Assembly (NCBI RefSeq): GCF_000039765.1
Contig: NC_004459.3
Coordinates: forward strand, 2,421,127 to 2,453,126
DNA length: 32,000 bases
Source of the DNA: Vibrio vulnificus CMCP6
GTDB taxonomy: Bacteria; Pseudomonadota; Gammaproteobacteria; Enterobacterales; Vibrionaceae
Reading direction: 5' to 3'
Below the pieces are notes generated by a model that saw only the letters and a list, made by a program, of their open reading frames with translations, had not been told where the DNA came from and ran no database searches. Positions 30,049 through 32,000 of this stretch are shown here, in pieces. A program made the position numbers and the translations under genes. The first letter of the stretch is position 1; each line of letters starts with the position of its first letter.

Positions 30049-30176
30049 GGCTAACAAACTGTTTAAGAGTGATTCGCAACGCGTGGCATTTTTACTATGC
30101 GTTAGGTTTAGTGTTTAAGGTGTGACATGCGGTGGCTTCGGTATTGCGTTGCTCACACCTTAACAGGGCGTTAGGC
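30049..30176 (+). repeat. attC17
   Basis: GGCTAAC...GCGTTAGGC, 128 bp. Confidence 0.95.
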
Positions 30177-30689
30177 AAAAGGCAGAAAAGTTCTTTGTTC
30201 TAATTTTTTGTTCCCTCTGGCAGTTCGCTTTTCTTAGTCGGCAATCCCGTATTGTCGGCTCTAATTCTTAAATCTCTTCAACCGTAAAACATGCCAAAGT
30301 TCGTGGGTTGCCTCATTGGGTTTCAGTGTTGGTTGGTGTTGAGCTTCACTGGCTCAAAGTGTGGAAAGGGCAAGTTAGTCGAAGCTTTCATTATTGCTGT
30401 CATTTCGCAGCTTTGAATTTCTCAGGTTCAAAAGCTGCTTTGTCGCGGATAAGTCGCATTTCGTGGTTGTTATAAGTGAGGCTGTAACATAGTGACTTCA
30501 GTAGTTCTTGAATCACAAAAAGTCAGTGGGAGATTGGTTGCTTATCGTGTTTAAGGTATTCTGCTTTCAAAGCAAGTTAGTGAGTAAATTAGAAATTTGC
30601 CTAACAAAGCATTTAAGAGTGATTCGCAACGCTTGGCAGTTTCGCTTCGCTCAAGTATAGCCAAGCGCCGCTCACACCTTAATGCGGCG
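30171..30689 (+). other. ORF-less cassette 18 (519 bp)
   Basis: Bounded by attC17 and attC18; no ORF of 60 aa or more in the supplied track on either strand. Confidence 0.75.
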
Positions 30690-30695
30690 TTATAT
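30599..30695 (+). repeat. attC18 (short 97-bp subclass)
   Basis: GCCTAACAAAGCATTTAAGAG...AATGCGGCGTTATAT; interior differs from attC14 at one position by eye. Confidence 0.9.
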
Positions 30696-30728
30696 TAATC
30701 AAAAAATTCGAGCACAAAAGGAGTTTCT

Positions 30729-31100
30729 ATGAACTATGATGTTATCGCTTTGGCATGTGAACAATTAGATTATCGCGATAAGTTACGCCTTGCACAGTTG
30801 TTAATTCAGACCGCTCGAAAGGAAGAAGAAACAGTTAACCCTCAAGAGCGAATAATAGAATCAAAACCTTCTATTCCTGAAGCTATTGTAGAGGAGAAAG
30901 AAATTGACACTATTTCCTACGTATATGAACGTTTGCTTAAATTAAGACCAGCGAAAGCAAAATCGCTAACGAACTCCATTAAAGCAATGTTTCAGTTTCA
31001 AGGTGGTATTTCTGAAGCAGAAGTTTCCGATATTGTCAGTGAACTCCAACATAGAAAGTTAGTTAAGCTGACTAACAATAAAGTCGATTACAAAGATTAA
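30729..31100 (+). CDS. Uncharacterised 123-aa cassette protein with C-terminal winged-HTH-like region
   Basis: C-terminus YVYERLLKLRPAKAKSLTNSIKAMFQFQGGISEAEVSDIVSELQHRKLVKLTNNKVDY resembles small wHTH modules found after NYN-type domains. Confidence 0.6.
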   Translation: MNYDVIALACEQLDYRDKLRLAQLLIQTARKEEETVNPQERIIESKPSIPEAIVEEKEIDTISYVYERLLKLRPAKAKSLTNSIKAMFQFQGGISEAEVSDIVSELQHRKLVKLTNNKVDYKD

Positions 31101-31228
31101 TATAACAAGCAATTTAAGAGGGATTCACAACGCTTGGCATTTTTGCTTCTACTTCAATTTTAGTGTTTATGGCACAATGATTTAGGTTTGGGTGGAGGCG
31201 TTGTTCACCCCTTAATTGGGCGTTATGT
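31100..31228 (+). repeat. attC19
   Basis: ATATAAC...GCGTTATGT, 129 bp. Confidence 0.92.
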
Positions 31229-31241
31229 TTTAAGGATAAAA

Positions 31242-31577
31242 ATGAAACATTCAGTTTTTATGAGTTTAGTATTTTTGACTGGGTGTGCTGCTAGTCAGGC
31301 AGCACCAATAGAAGTTCTCAGTTATGAAGCTGATGATAACAATTACACCTTGATAGCTATTAGTGAAAAAAAGCTAACAAGTTCAAATGGTGAAATCGAT
31401 AGTGTTTTCGAGGAAAAAATTAAAGAGCTTTGCCCGTATGGTTATTTAGTTTCGGAACCAACAGAAGATAATGGCCCCGATGGTACATGGCTAAAAAGGC
31501 ACATGGAGTACTATATAATGGCGAACAATGTCAAAAGTGCTCATTCTTACTCTAAAAATGTAAGTTGCACGCTTTGA
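31242..31577 (+). CDS. Small putative lipoprotein, cassette 20
   Basis: MKHSVFMSLVFLTGCAAS lipobox (LTGC). The upstream TTG extension to 31188 lies in attC19 and was rejected. Confidence 0.7.
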   Translation: MKHSVFMSLVFLTGCAASQAAPIEVLSYEADDNNYTLIAISEKKLTSSNGEIDSVFEEKIKELCPYGYLVSEPTEDNGPDGTWLKRHMEYYIMANNVKSAHSYSKNVSCTL

Positions 31578-31583
31578 TTACAA

Positions 31584-31710
31584 ACATAACAAAGCGTTTA
31601 AGAGGGATTTGGCACGCGTGGCATTTTCGGTTTGCGTTGGGTTCAGTGATTAAGTCGCTGTGCGGTAGCTATTGTAGTGCGTGCCTGCACCCCTTAACGC
31701 GGCGTTAGTA
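31584..31710 (+). repeat. attC20
   Basis: ACATAAC...GCGTTAGTA, 127 bp. Confidence 0.94.
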
Positions 31711-32000
31711 CGGGTTTGACATCAAAGGTCATAAGTTCTGGTGTTTATCTGTTTTGGCGCTCGTATTTACACCTTTCAGTTAGTGCCTTTCACGATCTTT
31801 CCGGTGGCACTATATGCGGAGTGCTCGCTTTGATTTCACCGTCTACGGCTTCTAACTCTTAGCCTATTTCTTTGGCGCTTCTTCATTTTCGTGGTGTTTT
31901 TTGAGAGAGCCTTGATTACTTTTGGTGTGGCTGTTGAAGTACGAGGAAAGAATCCTTTTTTAATTTAAAGCCAGTGAAAGTAGGGCAGTTCAGTGCATTT

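Larger units (their letters stand above)
18376..32000 (+). mobile_element. Chromosomal integron cassette array (20 complete cassettes plus one partial, continues beyond window)
   Basis: Twenty complete attC sites (R'...R'') in the same orientation and an adjacent integrase. Cassette intervals: 18376-18826, 18827-19436, 19437-20230, 20231-20712, 20713-21320, 21321-21910, 21911-22678, 22679-23494, 23495-23993, 23994-24896, 24897-25471, 25472-26446, 26447-26916, 26917-28326, 28327-28934, 28935-29411, 29412-30170, 30171-30689, 30690-31222, 31223-31704, 31705->32000. Confidence 0.97.

Noticed and set aside
31188-31241. TTG-initiated extension of the cassette 20 lipoprotein ORF
   Set aside because: It lies in attC19 and crosses the cassette boundary; the ATG at 31242 gives a proper signal peptide.
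18707-31710. Regularly spaced repeats that could suggest CRISPR
   Set aside because: Repeats are 97-129 bp, imperfectly palindromic, end in GTTRNNY boxes, and are separated by variable 0.4-1.3 kb cargo: integron attC sites.
1-32000. tRNA or rRNA genes, prophage, IS elements
   Set aside because: No sequence recognisable as tRNA/rRNA, transposase or phage structural genes was found by reading. A tRNAscan-SE/ISfinder search was not possible.

Overview
Vibrio-type chromosomal window with two parts. (1) Positions 1-17.1 kb are core genome: 3' part of a YdiJ-like FAD/Fe-S oxidoreductase; ICMT-like methyltransferase; secreted trypsin-like protease with a GlyGly-CTERM-like tail; DUF3581-like protein; a complete histidine-utilisation cluster hutC-hutI-hutG-hutU-hutH on the minus strand; Spo0M-like protein; DUF3187-like outer-membrane protein; and thrS-infC-rpmI-rplT. 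(2) From ~17.2 kb to the window end lies the proximal end of a large sedentary chromosomal integron (superintegron): a minus-strand IntI-family integrase with a LexA-like box inside its putative promoter, an inferred attI junction at G^TTATGT 18375, and then 20 complete cassettes plus one partial cassette, all in the + orientation. I could place 20 complete attC sites (R' to R'') by eye. Cassette cargo includes a HEPN-motif protein, VF530, a PD-(D/E)XK-like protein, a DJ-1/PfpI protein, a frameshifted metzincin-like zinc protease, a DUF4393/Abi-alpha protein, a KAP P-loop NTPase, a Phd/RelE-ParE TA pair, a wHTH-like protein, and small membrane proteins or lipoproteins. The least explained signals are: (a) two families of ORF-less cassettes, one ~608-610 bp with three copies and one with four bodies; (b) a fused double cassette caused by loss of most of an internal attC; (c) cassette-specific terminal complementarity of 9-12 bp in all 20 complete cassettes, beyond the 7-bp core box; (d) a distinct 97-bp attC subclass on two unrelated cassettes; (e) closely related ORF-less bodies carrying different attC lineages. 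No wholly new system is demonstrated. The cassette-borne metzincin, HEPN, KAP and PD-(D/E)XK candidates and the ORF-less families are the best leads. Family names are assigned by eye, without database searches.
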